Origin: Isurus oxyrinchus
Taxonomy: Eukaryota
Direction: 5' to 3'
DNA length: 64,000 nucleotides
Assembly: GCA_026770705.1 (NCBI GenBank)
Contig: JANJGN010000026.1
Coordinates: forward strand, 3,224,001 to 3,288,000
Shown here in pieces: positions 24,511-38,930 of the stretch. Below the pieces are notes generated by a model. That model was not told the origin of the DNA and did not search any database. It was given only the letters and a program-made list of their open reading frames with translations. Both the position numbers and the translations under genes were made by a program. The stretch's first letter is position 1, and each line of letters begins with the position of its first letter.

Positions 24511-26857
24511 TTCTACTATTACTTGTTCACTGACATCACCATTTTTCCACCAGCTCCCTATATCCACCTATAGAATATGGGACGTCAGCTGCCCAACTAA
24601 GCTCTACAAGTGCATCGTTAAACCTGCGTGCTAATTTATCTAACTCTGTTACCTCAAGAAGCACATTAAAGCAACATTATTTTACCAAGATTTGGTTACT
24701 TGACCTGATTAGATCTTACTTGACTTGGCATCAGGTGCTGTCTGATTTTGCTCCTATAAAGCACCTCGAGGCTTTTCCCCCAGTTTATTGTGCTGCAAAA
24801 CTGCAACTTGATGTTGTGTAATGAATGATCGATATGTATAATTTCCAAAGATCGCATTCTGAGATAAGCATTGACTTTGAAATTATCCCCGTACTTTTAT
24901 TTTTAATTACAGCGGACATCATTAACATTTTCCTGGCTTCTGAATCAGAAGGTTGTAGGTTAATCTCCTTTCCACAATTCTGGCACTTGATCCAGGCTCA
25001 TAATGCAGTCGAACAGTGTGAAGAGTGCTGAAGTCTCAGTGCTGCTGTGTTTCATTTGAGAGGCTTATTCTTGACCAGATCCGACAGTTCAGGTACACGT
25101 TGAAGATTCCATGGAGAATTGCAGGAGCAGTGATATCTTCCAGAGTCTGTTAGCTCCATTATGTCCAGACACAGCATTATTTAGACTGGCTTCCTATTTG
25201 CTCTGTTTGTTTTCTTCAGGCGTGTTATTTTAGTTTAACTTGCTGCGGACTCAAACACTAAAGTATTTAAATTATTGAAAACGTATTATTATTTCCCTAT
25301 GAAGTATTTGGAAAATCCTGAATCAGTGAAAGGTGATCTACGAAGCAGGGTATGACTTTGTTGCCAACATCGTCAATCTTGCTCAACTCACATAATTTAA
25401 CACACAGCACAAAATCTGTCCGTATGTCCAATGTAAAGCGGAGGCACTGCTCAGATGAAACACAGCAGAAAGAAACAAGTGATTCCACAGGATTTAAACC
25501 GGGTAACCTGCATATATACTTACAGCATAATCTGAGCAGCAGCGTTAGTCTTTACCTAACGTCATCAGATTGTGTCGTTATTGATTACATCAGCTTTGCA
25601 GTATCACCATCTTTGCTATGACTATTGCGATTTGTTAGGGTTACAATTCTCTGGTTACTTGGTTACTAAGGTCCTGTCAATTCTGTAATATATTGTATCG
25701 TATTTTTCCCTATGGCAGCTCCACATTATGTCAGAATAACACCATAGGGATGGTTACCCTGTGGGGTAGAACTGTGAGCGCCTGGATTAAAAAGGACATT
25801 AACAATTCTCTCAATCCCCTGAATGTGTCACTACTATTAACTCCCTAACTCTGCATGCTGTCTCATGGTGCTTGTCCTGGCCGATATTTCGATTTGTGTT
25901 GAGCGCAGGTGGCTAAAGTGAATGCAGAAGCATCTTAATTTTATGAGTACCTGCACCACAACAGAATAAACATTGTCATATTGTATCAAATTCACCGTTC
26001 TCATCAAATGCTGGCTTCCCCTCAGTTGAATGAACTGACAGGCCTCGTTTTCTAGACAACCAAACAAGACCTTCCAATTTTACAATTCAAAAGCAAGTGT
26101 CAATCTAGTCTATCTTTAATTCTACCAGGCCATGTGCCCTTCATATATATGAGCTGATGATGCATTGTAGGGCCAGGCAGTCTACAGAAATATCTGTACT
26201 AGAGTAAGACCAGCTGTTTAAGCTGTTCAACTGGACTCGAGTCAACGTAACTGAATAGTACTGAGATAATTCAAAGATTGACATTGTGGAGGACATGGAT
26301 ATAAGTTGTGTTCACTAACCTATGGCATTGAACATGTGCCAAGTAGGGATATTAAGTGTAATATACACAGTGTCACCAAACACTCTGCGGGTAGATGGGC
26401 TGAATGGCCTCCTTCTTTTCCTGGATAACTGCCACTCTATGAGCTTTCAACATAGATAGCTGCCGGACACTTTAGAAGACGCTTCCTTCTCTGAGCCAGA
26501 TGTTTTCCAGCATGGAGAGATCCCACAACACATAAAAGAGCAGCTCGAACTACTGGCGGTTCAGAGACTCAGCAACATTTGCTTATGTCTGGGTCAGTCA
26601 GTCATGGCAGGTACATCAAGACAGTCACCTGGACATATATTCTCTGACATGACCATGCTTACATTTTCCATGACATTTCATGAGATTTCAGATCAATAAT
26701 GGTTGAAGTATTGTACTCCTGCTACGTTTCTCACCTAGCAAACCCAGTATAACAGAAAGTTATGCCAGAATGCACTGTCCAGAAGGTGAACTGTGCAATG
26801 ATCCCTGGTTGACATGCTTTTGTTTTGCCCATCGAAACTTAAATGTGTCTTTTTCAG

Positions 26858-26884
26858 CTTGTGAGCTTGTTTGTGGACTGCCTG
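26858..26884 (+). CDS. Candidate 27-nt pre-transmembrane (hinge-like) exon encoding (A)CELVCGLP
   Basis: Acceptor TGTCTTTTTCAG|, donor CTG|GTAAGG, phase 1-1 like all C exons, downstream of C5 in non-repeat sequence. Confidence 0.55.
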
Positions 26885-27719
26885 GTAAGGCGATCTACCA
26901 TCAAACTCTCCGGTCTGTGCCTTTAATTTTAGTGTGTTTTTCAACAGGGCACAATAAATAGCGGCCTGATGCATGTAAACAAGGGGGAAGAAAAAACAGC
27001 GCAACTATTGGCGACAATAATGCGACCAGTTGATTTACTGCAGACTGAAATTCTCTTTGAAAAATCAGTGATGGCAAATCCCGTGAAGCATTGTGCTTGA
27101 GGTTTCTGAAGTCACGAGAAGTTTTCTCTGAGAGAAAGGGGAATGCACAAGCAAAGCGTTTGCATGTGAACCTGAATCACTGTAAAGAGCTGAAGGAAGT
27201 ATTGATTGGATATTGGTGGGAGATGGATCAATGTGAATAGATGAGTAAATCATTTATTATGATTGCTCGGAGGTGGAATACAGTGCGGGTTGAGGAAAGC
27301 ACTAGCTCACAAGTATGTGAAATTAATCACTGTGAAATAATTAGGAAAGTCTAACCTATGAAATGATGGGAAATGGATCACTGTGGAGGAAAACAGTGAC
27401 AATGGAAGGATAGGAGGTGATGTGGCCATTGGAGAGATGAAAACAAACATTGACTATGGCAGATTACCAAACAGGAACATTGTTAATAGGTGAGAAGGGA
27501 ATTGACTACGGAAGGAATGGAGAAAATGTTAGCTTTTAAATCGATAAGCAAATGATACAAGATGAAGATCGGTGGGCACAAAAATCCACAATCATAGAAA
27601 AATAAACTATAGATGTGAGATTCAATATTAGTAAATGACAACAGTTTAGGTTAGGATTAAACCGAAGTGGAAAGAATATATCAAGAAGAAGACAAAGGGA
27701 AGTTTGACAGTTGGGTGCT

Positions 27720-30700
27720 TACCCTCCTCTGCCATTCATTCATATTGTGGCTGATCTGTGCTTTGGCGAATTAAGCACACCTTGACTTCATGTTTATTAA
27801 TATGCCTAACTAACAAATGTCTGTCAAAAGCAGCTGTAAGCATTTAAATTGGCATCCAACCTCAACATTTGTATTTCCATTTGGGCTGAGGGGAGAATCT
27901 TAGATTGCGTCCAGCCAATGTGTAAAGAAGTGTTGCCTCGAATCATCCCTGAAAAACCTAAATCTACATTTAAGATTTTTTCCACGTTGTTGTCGTATGG
28001 TAGATTTTTGTTTTTAAATTATTACTATATTAACAGCCATATCAAGTAATTATTTAAGCAACTCAATTAGATCACCCTGTAATCTTCAAGGCAACACAAG
28101 CTGAATGTGAAGATCATGCTGACATAATTTTAACCGTTTTATGACCGGTGCTGTTCTGGTGAATCTCTGTTCCATCCCTGCACGCACTTCCTGATGTGGG
28201 CTTCCCAGAACTGAACACAGTAACGAGAGCTTAGTATAACTGAGACAAAACATCTACCCCTTTGTATTCCACCAACTCACGCCCAGGGTTAAAGCCAACT
28301 ATCCATTTGCTTCTTTAATTAATTGTATTCCTTTCCCGCTTACTTTAAGAATGTCCGTAGTTGGAAAGCTAATTATTCGAGATGTTCTATAGTTTTAATC
28401 GTCTCATTGTTAGAAAATAACAATCGTCTATCTTCCTTAATTTCAGACTAGATGACCTCACGTTTCCACAGGGAACTTCACCTATCATTGTGCAGAGCCT
28501 ACCCCAATCCCCCATTGATTTCTTTTCAGGAATACAGTTTGCGACTTTCTACTCTTTGCTGTGCTACTTAAATTAGCATTGTCGGCAAACTGAGGTGCAC
28601 GGCTCTCTATTCCATCTTCTCAAACTGTTGACAAGCATCGCAGAAAATGTACATCCCAATTCAGAGGCTCCCTTTGCAGGGACAATTAGCAGACAATTCT
28701 AACACTGGAAGATCTTTCCATTATTTACTAAAATCTACTCATAATCGTTTCTATTCCAACATTCCAGGTTTTCCAGTGCCTCCACATAACTGAATGTTTT
28801 ATTCCTGGTGCCATTCCAGTAATTCTCATTGCTGCTGTTGCTAAGCCTTTAAATCCTGAAGGGTGGTGCTCAGAACTGGAGGCAATACTGATCTATGGTT
28901 CCTGGAATATTCCCCACGTCTGGCGCGAGGGGAGCTGGCGTGTAGGTCAAAGGCATAATGTTATCCTTTTTTTTGGACAGGGTGCATCATTAATAAGCTT
29001 CCATTCCGCTGTGACTTAACCCCTATCAAAGCAGAACTGGAGCATTGTATCCAGACCATCTGCAATTGTAATCCGTACTTCACTAATTCGTTTCGGTTGC
29101 ATCCCATCCAGCTGGGTGAATTTTTCACTTTGTGCACTGGCAGAACATTCACTTCTTCCCTTGCATCTGTGTTTCTCCTCTCCGTTTTTCTTTCCAGTGC
29201 CACCTCCAGGCTGTGACATTTGCAGCGTTATCTTCTTCCCTGAAGACATATGCAAAGTATTAACTTAGCTCCTAAGTCGCACTCTCTGCCTCCAGAACAG
29301 AGTTAACTTTCGCTTTCTATTCGACTCACCCTTACTTTGGCTACACGTATTCTCTTTACATGTTTAGAACAGAGGTTTAGACTAACCTCTCTGCTACCGG
29401 ATAATCTATTGCCAAATGTTCTTTGCCACTTTTATTTAAGCTCTTAGCTCTCCCTTTGTGTGCTTTGTGTAACCAGACTATCACCACTCAGAGAGCCGTC
29501 TCTTGTTCATTTAGTGTTTTGCTTACAGTCTTTCATTTCAATCCACCTGGAGTACATCACCTTTCCATTCACCGAAATTTACGCCACCTCCATTGAATAT
29601 TTTCACATATGATTAATCCTTCTACGAATCCATACGTACTTTAAACATAATGATATTATCATTAGTTTCCCATATTATCTCCATCTGCTACATGCTTCAC
29701 TTAATTCCTTAGAGCTAGATCCGCCGCTGCTTCCTTCCTTGCTGGGGGGTAAAACACAGTGACCATGAGAACTATCTTATCCACATTGCAGGAGTTTCTC
29801 CATGTCTTTTTGTTTGACACCGTTTCATTCAGCCTCGTATAAGAAATGATGCCCCCTATAGCCACTACGCTGAATTTCTCGCAAATTTCTGTGCAGTTCC
29901 TGTAGTATTGATCCTCCATTTGCTCCCAATTATGTTGTGGTCCATAGTATACACCTAACACCTAATAGTCTTTCTGATATTCATCAGTTCTACTGAAAAA
30001 AATTCTCTGTTTTAATTTTCAAGTTCACCAACACTTTTTTGTGCTTAAAAAGTATATTTGATAAATGTGCCACCCTTCCTCCTTTTTTTCCTTCCTCATC
30101 TTTCCTCAAAACATTGTCGACATGATAACAAAATTGCCATGTCTTCCCTCATTTCATCTAGGTCTCCGTTTTTGCCGTTACAATATAATGTATGTGGCCC
30201 CTAGTGCCTGCAGCCTAATGATGGGGTTAATGAACATTTACTGGGAATTGACACACATGGACACAATGTGATCTTGGATTGTTTTGCAATTCTCCCTGCC
30301 TTAAGCATCCTAACTCTGAGCTGTACTTCAGTCAAATCTAGTTTGTTCCTTTAAGCTCTCTCTGCAAATTTTCTCTGCCCTCTAGTTCTTCGTCTGCTGT
30401 CTGCCTTCTCTGCCATACTCATTTAAAGTCTCCGCCACGACCTGGTTAACATTCCTGCGATGGCATTGATTCCAGTCCTCTTTGTGTGCAAGGCGTTCAC
30501 CTTGTACAGGTCCCAGCAACCCCTCAACTGGCCCCACTGGCCCCGCAATTTGAAGCATCTTCTGAACAGTTTCACCACCTGCTCGTTAACCTGGTTTATG
30601 TTGCTGCTCTTGCACTAACTGTCCTGTAGCACTGGGAATAATCGAGAGATTGCCAACATGAAGTTTCTGCTCTCGGTGCTAAAACTAATTGGGTAGCAAC

Positions 30701-31100
30701 TCAATCCTTTCCCTACCTATTGGTTGAAACGTGGACTGTGACGTTTGGTCGTTCCCCTTCCCTTCCCAAAATCTCCTTCATCCACTCAGTGATGTAACTG
30801 ACTTTTGCACTATTGAGGTAAAGCGAAACTCTTGTTGGTGTTGGCAGAAGCACCGGCCAATTCCCCAGACTATCGAGTTCCCTAAGGAACTGCAATCCTC
30901 CACTTTGTGATTCACCGACGTGTTTCAATCTGGCCCGTAGTGACGTGGATGATTACTAGCCAGCTCTATTCAAAGTCCTGCAAACCGATTTGAATATGTA
31001 ACAATCCTGGAAGATTCCTGCACTGTGAGTATTTCCTTGACCTATCGGATGGCCAACCATTTACTAACCTCCTGAACACTGGATTGGCAGGATGACAACC
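27720..31100 (-). mobile_element. Highly degenerate, near full-length CR1-type LINE
   Basis: ORF1 esterase-like remnant EILGREGERPNVTVHVSTN (30713-30928), endonuclease remnant LGVYYGP (~29950), RT remnants near 28580 and 3' UTR near 27730. Confidence 0.65.
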
Positions 31101-31967
31101 TCCTGGGATTAATGCATTTCAGGAGATTCTCAGGCCCGCAGTAACTCAAGCTGCTTCTCGATTAATATACAGGAGTTGTTTGAATTCCTTTGCACCTTAA
31201 TCATGTTTATTATTTTATTCATGTTGGAAACATGATGTTTATTTATGAATTTTGATCCGGGAAATTTTGGTGTCCTCTACCGTGGGACCGTAAACCAAAG
31301 TTCCTTTTGCTTCCTCAGACAGAAGCAAGCGATCCTATGAAATTATTTCAAGGAAGGGCAGGGAAGTTCTCCCCAATGCTCTGGTAAACACTTGTCACTC
31401 AATCAACATCATGAAAAGGAGATTATCTGGTCATCATCACATTGAGCTTTCTGGTAGATTGCTGTGTAGAAATCGACTGCCATGTTCCGTACATTACAAA
31501 ACTGATTACAGCTCAGAAGGATTTCACTGGTTAGATAGTGCACCGGACATTCTGAGGTGGTGAATAGCACTCCATAAATGCGATTCTTCCTTTTTTATTA
31601 ATATTTCTCTCTCTTATATATAATGACTTTCCAACTGTCTGTCTATCTGCTTATTTATCTATCATTTTGAATAAAGACTTATTCCATAGATTGCACTTGG
31701 TTTTAGACCCCTCTATATAATCCAGTAGGAGAGCGACACATTGATATAGAGTTGGAGACAACGGATATGTTTGAAATTAAACAAGTTGCTAAACATCAAA
31801 CTCTGAAAAATTACACCTTCAAGTGTGAACAATTTTTTTGTTTCTCTCTCACACATGATATGTTTCACTCATCTCTCTAGTTTTCCATCTCCCTTTCCGA
31901 CAAACCATCTCCCAGCCTGTCATCTATCTGTTTATATCTGTATGTACTTAATAATATTCCTCCCATG

Positions 31968-31996
31968 CACACACACACACACACATACACACACAC
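31968..31996. repeat. (CA)n microsatellite
   Basis: Directly visible. Confidence 0.9.
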
Positions 31997-33217
31997 TAGA
32001 AAATCTATGGCATTGCACAGGGAGGATCGGGAGCAAGTACTGTTTTCACATGTAGAAAGCAAAGGATAATTAGAGCAAGGATATTATTCAGTTCACATTC
32101 CAAAGTAATTTCCTCAGTCCTTATTTCCCCCATGGCATTATAAATTCCTAACGGCACATTTGCAATGTAGATTGCGAATATTCGCTTATTAGGTAGTGAT
32201 TACAAACAGAAACTAACAACAATGTTGTTTACAGCATGCCCATCCTCTCTGACAAAGCTGTAGATCGCAATCTATACTTCAACCAACTGCACTGCTCTCC
32301 TCCCAAAACTGCTGTAGGTTTAACCATTTAGCTGCAATATTGTTCATGGAACATCAACGTATTTTCTTATGTCATGATCCATGATATTAAAATGGAGAAT
32401 GCATACATGTACTCACCTTGTGAGATCATACTGCCAAACAATTAACTGGAATTCGAAGGAACAGAGGAGAGTATTTTTACGATCACTGACAATATTAACC
32501 GAGACGGTGCATTAGACTTTGAACAGAACATGGCATTACAATAGAAAGCAGTTTAATTTAGCTTGCAGGTAACTGAATGATAATTTATGTGCACGTAAAA
32601 ACCATGTAAGGACCGGCTTTTTGCGTGTAGGGATCGCCAACAGAAATAATGTGGAAATGGAAAAGTTCTGAACAGATACTCACGAATAAAAAATTGTTGT
32701 CCAGGTCAATATTTGATTGAAAGCTAGCGGGTGATCAAAATACTAATGCAATGGCGTTTTTCTGGTCCAAACATATTGAGTAAGCAGCAATTTAAAAAAA
32801 AAGACCATCGTTCAAATCTCATTTGGAAAGCAATGTTCACATCATATGAACTGCAGATGGATTACGTTAGGTGTGCTAGGATTCAAGCAATCATTCACAA
32901 GTATCATCACATTTGTTTCTGAAAATTGTGTAATTATTGTGGGGTATTTAAAATCAGGTAACAAATAATTCATTTTTCATTTATAAGATCGAAAAGAGAC
33001 ACAACAAGTGAGATTTTCTGTATTAAGGGTTCTGAATGTTGATAGTGGGGGGGGTAATAACCCAAACCCAGAAAACTCCCTATCTATCACGATAGTTATC
33101 CATAGTATTGTTGTTGTTATTATTGTTGTACACTCCGGACTTTTCAGTTGAACTGCACATCGTCTTTCTCATTGCGGTACTTACTGGGTTTTAATGCTAT
33201 GCTTTTTTTCACTGCAG

Positions 33218-33513
33218 GTGAAATAGCAGCTGCTTGACCAGAGGGCAATTCAGCTATATATTCAAAGTTGGTTGGCGAAGTTCTCTTGAGGACGTGTTGT
33301 GTGACTCTATCAGCGTTAGCAGCTGCTTCATTACACCACTTCACTTTGTGATTCCTGCATAGTCTCAACCAAACCATGGCAATTCTGCTTAATTTACTTC
33401 TATTAGCTTATCAATTAACGCATTCTTTCTTAAGCAGCAGCGCTAAATAGAATTGTGCATCATTACAACAACCCTGTATTTTCAGCAAATCCCACAGAAT
33501 CAATTAAAATAAA
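33218..33513 (+). CDS. Candidate TM2 (cytoplasmic tail) exon: Val-Lys-stop plus 3' UTR
   Basis: Strong acceptor GCTTTTTTTCACTGCAG| then GTG AAA TAG (33218-33226), the classic last exon completing the K-V-K tail of membrane Ig. AATAAA at 33508-33513. Confidence 0.5.
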
Positions 33514-34334
33514 TTGAGCAGAAAACATGGAATGCTGCTATGTGTTAGTACTACTTTTGAAATAGTAGGTTTGTTTCCTGTCTCAGTCATTTGTTAAATA
33601 TTTCATGACAATTTGAATTGGAAAATTAACAAGAAAAATGCCCTTACCACATCCGTGGGCTCGCAGACAAGCCACCATGCTTGTTGAACCTGCCCAAGTC
33701 CTAGGATGAGTTAAGGCTCGCCGGCTGTTACAGAAGGTCCAGGCATTCCCTATAGGAAATGAAAACACACATGTGAATGATCCCAAAAACACATCCTTGA
33801 AACAAGATCTGCAGCAACAGTAAGCATTCATTTGGTCACCGCTTATATTAATAATCTCAGTTTGTTAAGGAAATACTTTCTCTACTGGCATTTGTTTCAG
33901 AATTGTTAATAGACCATCTCTATTGTGGAAATGATTTAATTAGTGCTGCGTAACTGAGCAAATTTTCAAAACGTTTTGTACATATCTCACATACAGCCCC
34001 CAGTGGAGCACATCATTGCATCTTTGTTTACCAGCATCATGCGACGAACATAGACATTCATTTCAGGCACAGTCGCACGGGCTTACATCCTTGTAGAGAC
34101 CCAATGGAATCTAAAGGCGGACCTGACTGCTTGTTAGCTACACTGATTCCTGAAACAATAGTTTAAAAACAAAACCCTTGTTTCAACACATGCTTGTGAA
34201 TTCCTCTGGAGGCTTGTTGCTCTGAGATCGCTGATGCCTTCAAATCAATTCCTCTGAAAGATCTATTTCTGGCCAAATTTTTAACATGTTTGAAGAAAAT
34301 CCGTTAAGAGCACATGAAGGGTGAACCTACATAA

Positions 34335-35790
34335 CAGAATCACAAGATCATAATGGCACAGAAGGACAGAATGGCACATCTTGACGGCACTGGCTCCCCA
34401 AATGAGCATAACGACTGGGTGTCATTGTCCTGCCTTTGCCCTGTACCCCTGCATTTTGTTTCTATTCAAATAAATATCCCATGCCCTCTTGAACCTCCAT
34501 TGAACCTGCCTCCTCCATATTTCTAGGCAGCACCTTCCAGGCCCGAACCACTGTTTTGTGAAAGCGTTTTCTCTCATGTCGCATTTGCTTCATTTGCAAA
34601 TCACTTTAAGTCTGTGTCCTCTCGTTCTTTATCCTTTAACGACGGCAATAGCTTCTCCTTATCTAATCTATTCAGGTTCCTCGTGATTTTGAACATCTCT
34701 ATCAAATCCCCTCTTAGCCTTCGTCTCTCCAAGGAGAACAATCCCAATCTCTTCAATCTACCCACATAGCTGAAGATTCTCATCCGTGGAACCATTCTTA
34801 TAAACCTCTTTTGTACTCTCTCCAATCTGTTTACATCTTTCCTATAATGTTGCACCCAGAACTGTACACAATACTCCAGCTGAAGCCTAGTGAGAGTCGT
34901 ATATGAAATCAGCTAGCCTCCGTGCTCTTGTATTTTATGCCCCTATTAACAATACCCAGTATACGATCTGCTTTATTAACTGCTATCTCCACCTGTCCTG
35001 TCAGATTCAATTATCTGTGCACATATACACTACAGGTCTTTCTGCTCCTGCACCCTCTTTAACATTTTATCCCTTATTTTATACTGCCTGTACATGTTCA
35101 TCCTATAAAATATAACATTTCACACTTGTCTGCATTGAACATCATCACTTATCTCCCCAGTCCATCAACTTGGCTATGCCCTCTTGAAGTTCTGCACTGT
35201 CCTCCTCGCTGTTTACAACACTCTCAAGCTAAGTATCATCCACAAGCGTTCAAATTCTCCCCTGCACACCAACATTTAGATCATTAACATATATCAGGAC
35301 AAGCAAGGGTTCCAATGCCGACCCCTGGGGAACTCCATTGCAAACCTCCCTCCAGTCGGCAAAATATCCATTGACCATTAGTCTCTGCCTCCTCTTTTTT
35401 TTCAGATAATTTTGCATCGATGTTGAACTATCCCTTTTATTCCATGAGCAAAACTTTTTTCACAAGTCTGCTGTTTGGCACTGTGTCAAATGCCTTTTGA
35501 AAGTCCATGTGCACTATTTAAACAGCATTGCCCTCATTGATCTTTTCTGTTGCCTCTTCAAATAACTCCAGAAAGTTCGTTAAACACGATTTCCCCCTGA
35601 GAAATCTATGCTGGCTCTTGCTTATCAACCATTATGTTTGCATGTGACTGCTTGTTCTATCCATAATAATTTTATTTTCTAAAATCTTGCCCACCGCTGA
35701 AGTTAAGCTGACTGGTCTGTAATTACTGGGCTTATTCTTACAACCTTTTTTGAACAAGGGCGTAATGCTTGCAATTCCCCAGCCCTTTTC
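34335..35790 (-). mobile_element. 5'-truncated CR1-type LINE
   Basis: LERVQKRFIRMVP...LGLFSLERRRLRGDLIEMFKI, plus GVPQG and DFQKAFD remnants on the - strand. Confidence 0.85.
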
Positions 35791-36779
35791 ATAAAACATC
35801 GTTGTCCAAATCTAGAAAGTTAATTCTCTCCATTATACAATTTCAGATACAAACACTGATATTTGTGTTCTCAACAATTAATATGTAAATTGAGTGACAA
35901 TTATACTATATAAGGATAGGGTTTTTTGCATTCAGTTAGATCATGGCTGATGAGTACCTTAACTTCGTTGTTCCACATTGGCTCAAGATCGTTTGTTAAC
36001 TTTATCTGTAATGGCAATATTTGCAATGATTTGTCTAAATGAAATGTTAGAAACATTGGGAACTTATGTCCATTGCTAGTCATGTGGAGATTCATGTTCT
36101 CAACAATACATTTAATATTCGTCTTTCTTTTAAATGTTGCTACAGTGTTATTATTTAGTCACTATTTTATACTCTGTACACGCAAAGGTTTAGAATATAA
36201 TAAAATGTGCTGTGTGATGCTGAAATTCACCGTTTTAAAAAAAATGAGTGTCCCGCCTTTATTTCTAACGTTTGTTTTGCTTATACACTTTGTTCAAGTT
36301 TCTGTTTGCGCCAATTATTAGGTTAATGAAACTCACCCGTAAATATCATTGATTATAAAACAACAAAAATAGAAATAACAAGAGATGCAATTCAATCGAA
36401 CAATGAGCTTATTAACCTCAATTTATTATTGCAGCTATTTAAATGACTAGAGCAACATAGACTGGGTGGTTGAAGAGAACTTGGGAAATAATCCGGACCA
36501 TTTATTAGGTCTAATTATTCAACAGTATATCAGATGTTTAAACACGGTCCACATATATTCTTAGGTATTGTGTATTCACTCTTAGCAGCTATGATTTGAC
36601 AATTATTTTGTTGAGTTAACAATCATCAATTTACTGAAGTGACGCTTATAATTCAATATAGTCAGATTTATTAACTGCGTTCTGTGGGAACATGGCTTGA
36701 GATGAATAGGCCATTATGCAACAAGGAACGAGAGCTAAGTCCTGAACTTGGAGCAGCTGGGAATTATTGATTTATTCAT

Positions 36780-38930
36780 GGCAAGTTGGCGCCTTTGGTT
36801 ACGCCAGTTATTATTGACCATCCCTAATTGCCCTTGAAAGATGGTGATGCGCCGCCTTAATGAAATGCTGTGACCCACGTAGTTTCTGTGTAAAAACATT
36901 TATGTTAGGAAGGCAGTTAGAGGGCTTTGGGCCAGCAGCATTGATGGAATGGCGACATAATTCCAGGTCAGTGTGGCGTGTGTTTGGAGGGCAACTTGCA
37001 GTCACTGGTGTTCCATTTCATCTACAGCCTTTGTACTTCAAAGTGGCAGAGGCCACACATTTGAATCGTGCTGTCGATGGAGGTTTGGTGAGTTGCTGAA
37101 ATTCATTTTGTGTGGTACATACTGTTGTCACTACCTGTCACTGATGGAGGGAGTAAATGTTTAAGGCGGTGGATAGGGTGCCATTGAAGGGAGCAACAAT
37201 TCCTAGATGTTGCCGAGTTTCCTGCGTGCTGTTGGAGCTGCATTCATCTGGGCAAGTGGACAATATTCCATCACACACCTGACTTGTGCCTTGTAGATCG
37301 TGGACAGCTCTTGGGGTGTGATGAGGTGAGTTTCTCACTGCTGAGTTCCTAGACTGTGAACTGCTCTTTTAGTCAAATTATTCATATGGATGGTACAGTT
37401 CAGTTTCTGTCAAATACTAATCCCCAGAATTCTGACATTGGGGGTTTCAGTAATAGTAATGTCATCGATTGTCAAACGGGGGTGATTAGATTCTCTTATG
37501 TTGGAGTTGCCATTGCCTAATAATGGATAGAACGAATGTTCGTTTCAACTTGTCAGGCCAAGTCTAGATGTTGTCCTGTTCTTGCTGCCCAAAGTCAGGA
37601 GCTGCTTCAGTATCTGTGGTGCAGATATTCATGTTGAACATTGTACAATCATCAGCGAGCATCCTCACTTCTGACCTTATGATGGAAGGAAGGTCATTGA
37701 TGTAGCAGTGGAAGATTTTTTGGCCAAGATCACTACGCTGAGGAATTCCTTCAATAATATCCTGGGACAGAGATGATTGACCTACAAAAATCACGATGAT
37801 CTTCTTTTGTGCTAAGTAAGACTCTCACCAGTTTCCCATTGATTCCAGTTACTTTTGGGCTCCTTGATGCCACACTCGGTCAGATTATGTATTGATGCCA
37901 ACAGCAGTCACTCTCACCTCACCCCTTGAGTTCAATTCCGGTTCATATTTGGATCAAAAATATAATGGGGTTCAGAGCTGAGAAGCGATGATGCAACACA
38001 AACTGAGCGTCAGTTAGCAGATGGTTGTTTATTAAGTACGTCTTTATGACACTGTTGAAAACACCTCCCATCACTTTGTTGATAACCAAGAGTAAACTGA
38101 TGGCGGGGTAATTGGCCGTGTTGGATTGTTCCCTTCTTTTTGTGCACACTCGAAAATTGGGCAACTTTCTACTTTGCAGGGTATATGCCAATGTTCCAAA
38201 TACACAGAAACAGCTTGGCTAGAGATACAGCTAATTCCGGAGGACAAGATTTGGCCAGATTGCTGGAATGTTGTTAAGGCCCCAAACCTTTGCAGTTTCG
38301 AGCACCTTCAGCAGTTTCTTCATGAAGTGGGGTGAATCGAATTGCCTGAAGACTGGCTCTTCTGATGCTGCTGACCTCAAGAGGAGGGCGAGGTCAACCA
38401 TCGACGGGGCATTTCTGGCTGAAGATAGTTGCAAATGAATCGGCTTTGTCTTTTGCACTGCTGTTCTGGGCTCGCCCATTATTGGTGATGAGGATATATA
38501 TGGATTCTCATCATCTTGTTAGTTGCTGACTTATCAAAGCCCTTTTATGACTGGATGTGGCAGGACTGTAGACCTTCAATATGATACATTGGTTGTGGGA
38601 TCACTTAACCCTCTCTCTCTCTCGCATGATGTTTTTGCTCTTTGGTAATCAAGTATCTTGTGTTCTTACTTCGACATGTTGACATTTCAATTTTAGGCCT
38701 GCCTGATCCTGCTTAAGCCATGCCCTCCTCAACTCTTCATTCACCCAGAGTGGATCCACTGATTTGATGGTAGTGGTGCACTGGGCCATTTGCCAGGCCT
38801 CGAGGTTATAGATTGCGGTTGAATAGAATTCCACTGCTGCTGATGGTCCACATTTCCTCATGAATGGCCAGTTTAAAGTTGCAAGATGTGTTGAAAATCA
38901 ATCCCAAATACAGTGGTAGGTGCCATACAA
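36780..38930 (-). mobile_element. Degenerate LINE of the second family
   Basis: GIPQRSDLG..F..YINDLPSIIRSEVRMLADDCT and ANYPAISLL motifs; family 3' end at ~36800. Confidence 0.8.

Noticed and set aside
31700-31790. Possible decayed TM1 exon starting DPSI
   Set aside because: Stops follow immediately and there is no hydrophobic TTASTFI..F..FY segment.
36073-36321. Hydrophobic ORF as a TM exon
   Set aside because: AT-rich composition explains the hydrophobicity; no Ig TM motif or splice context.
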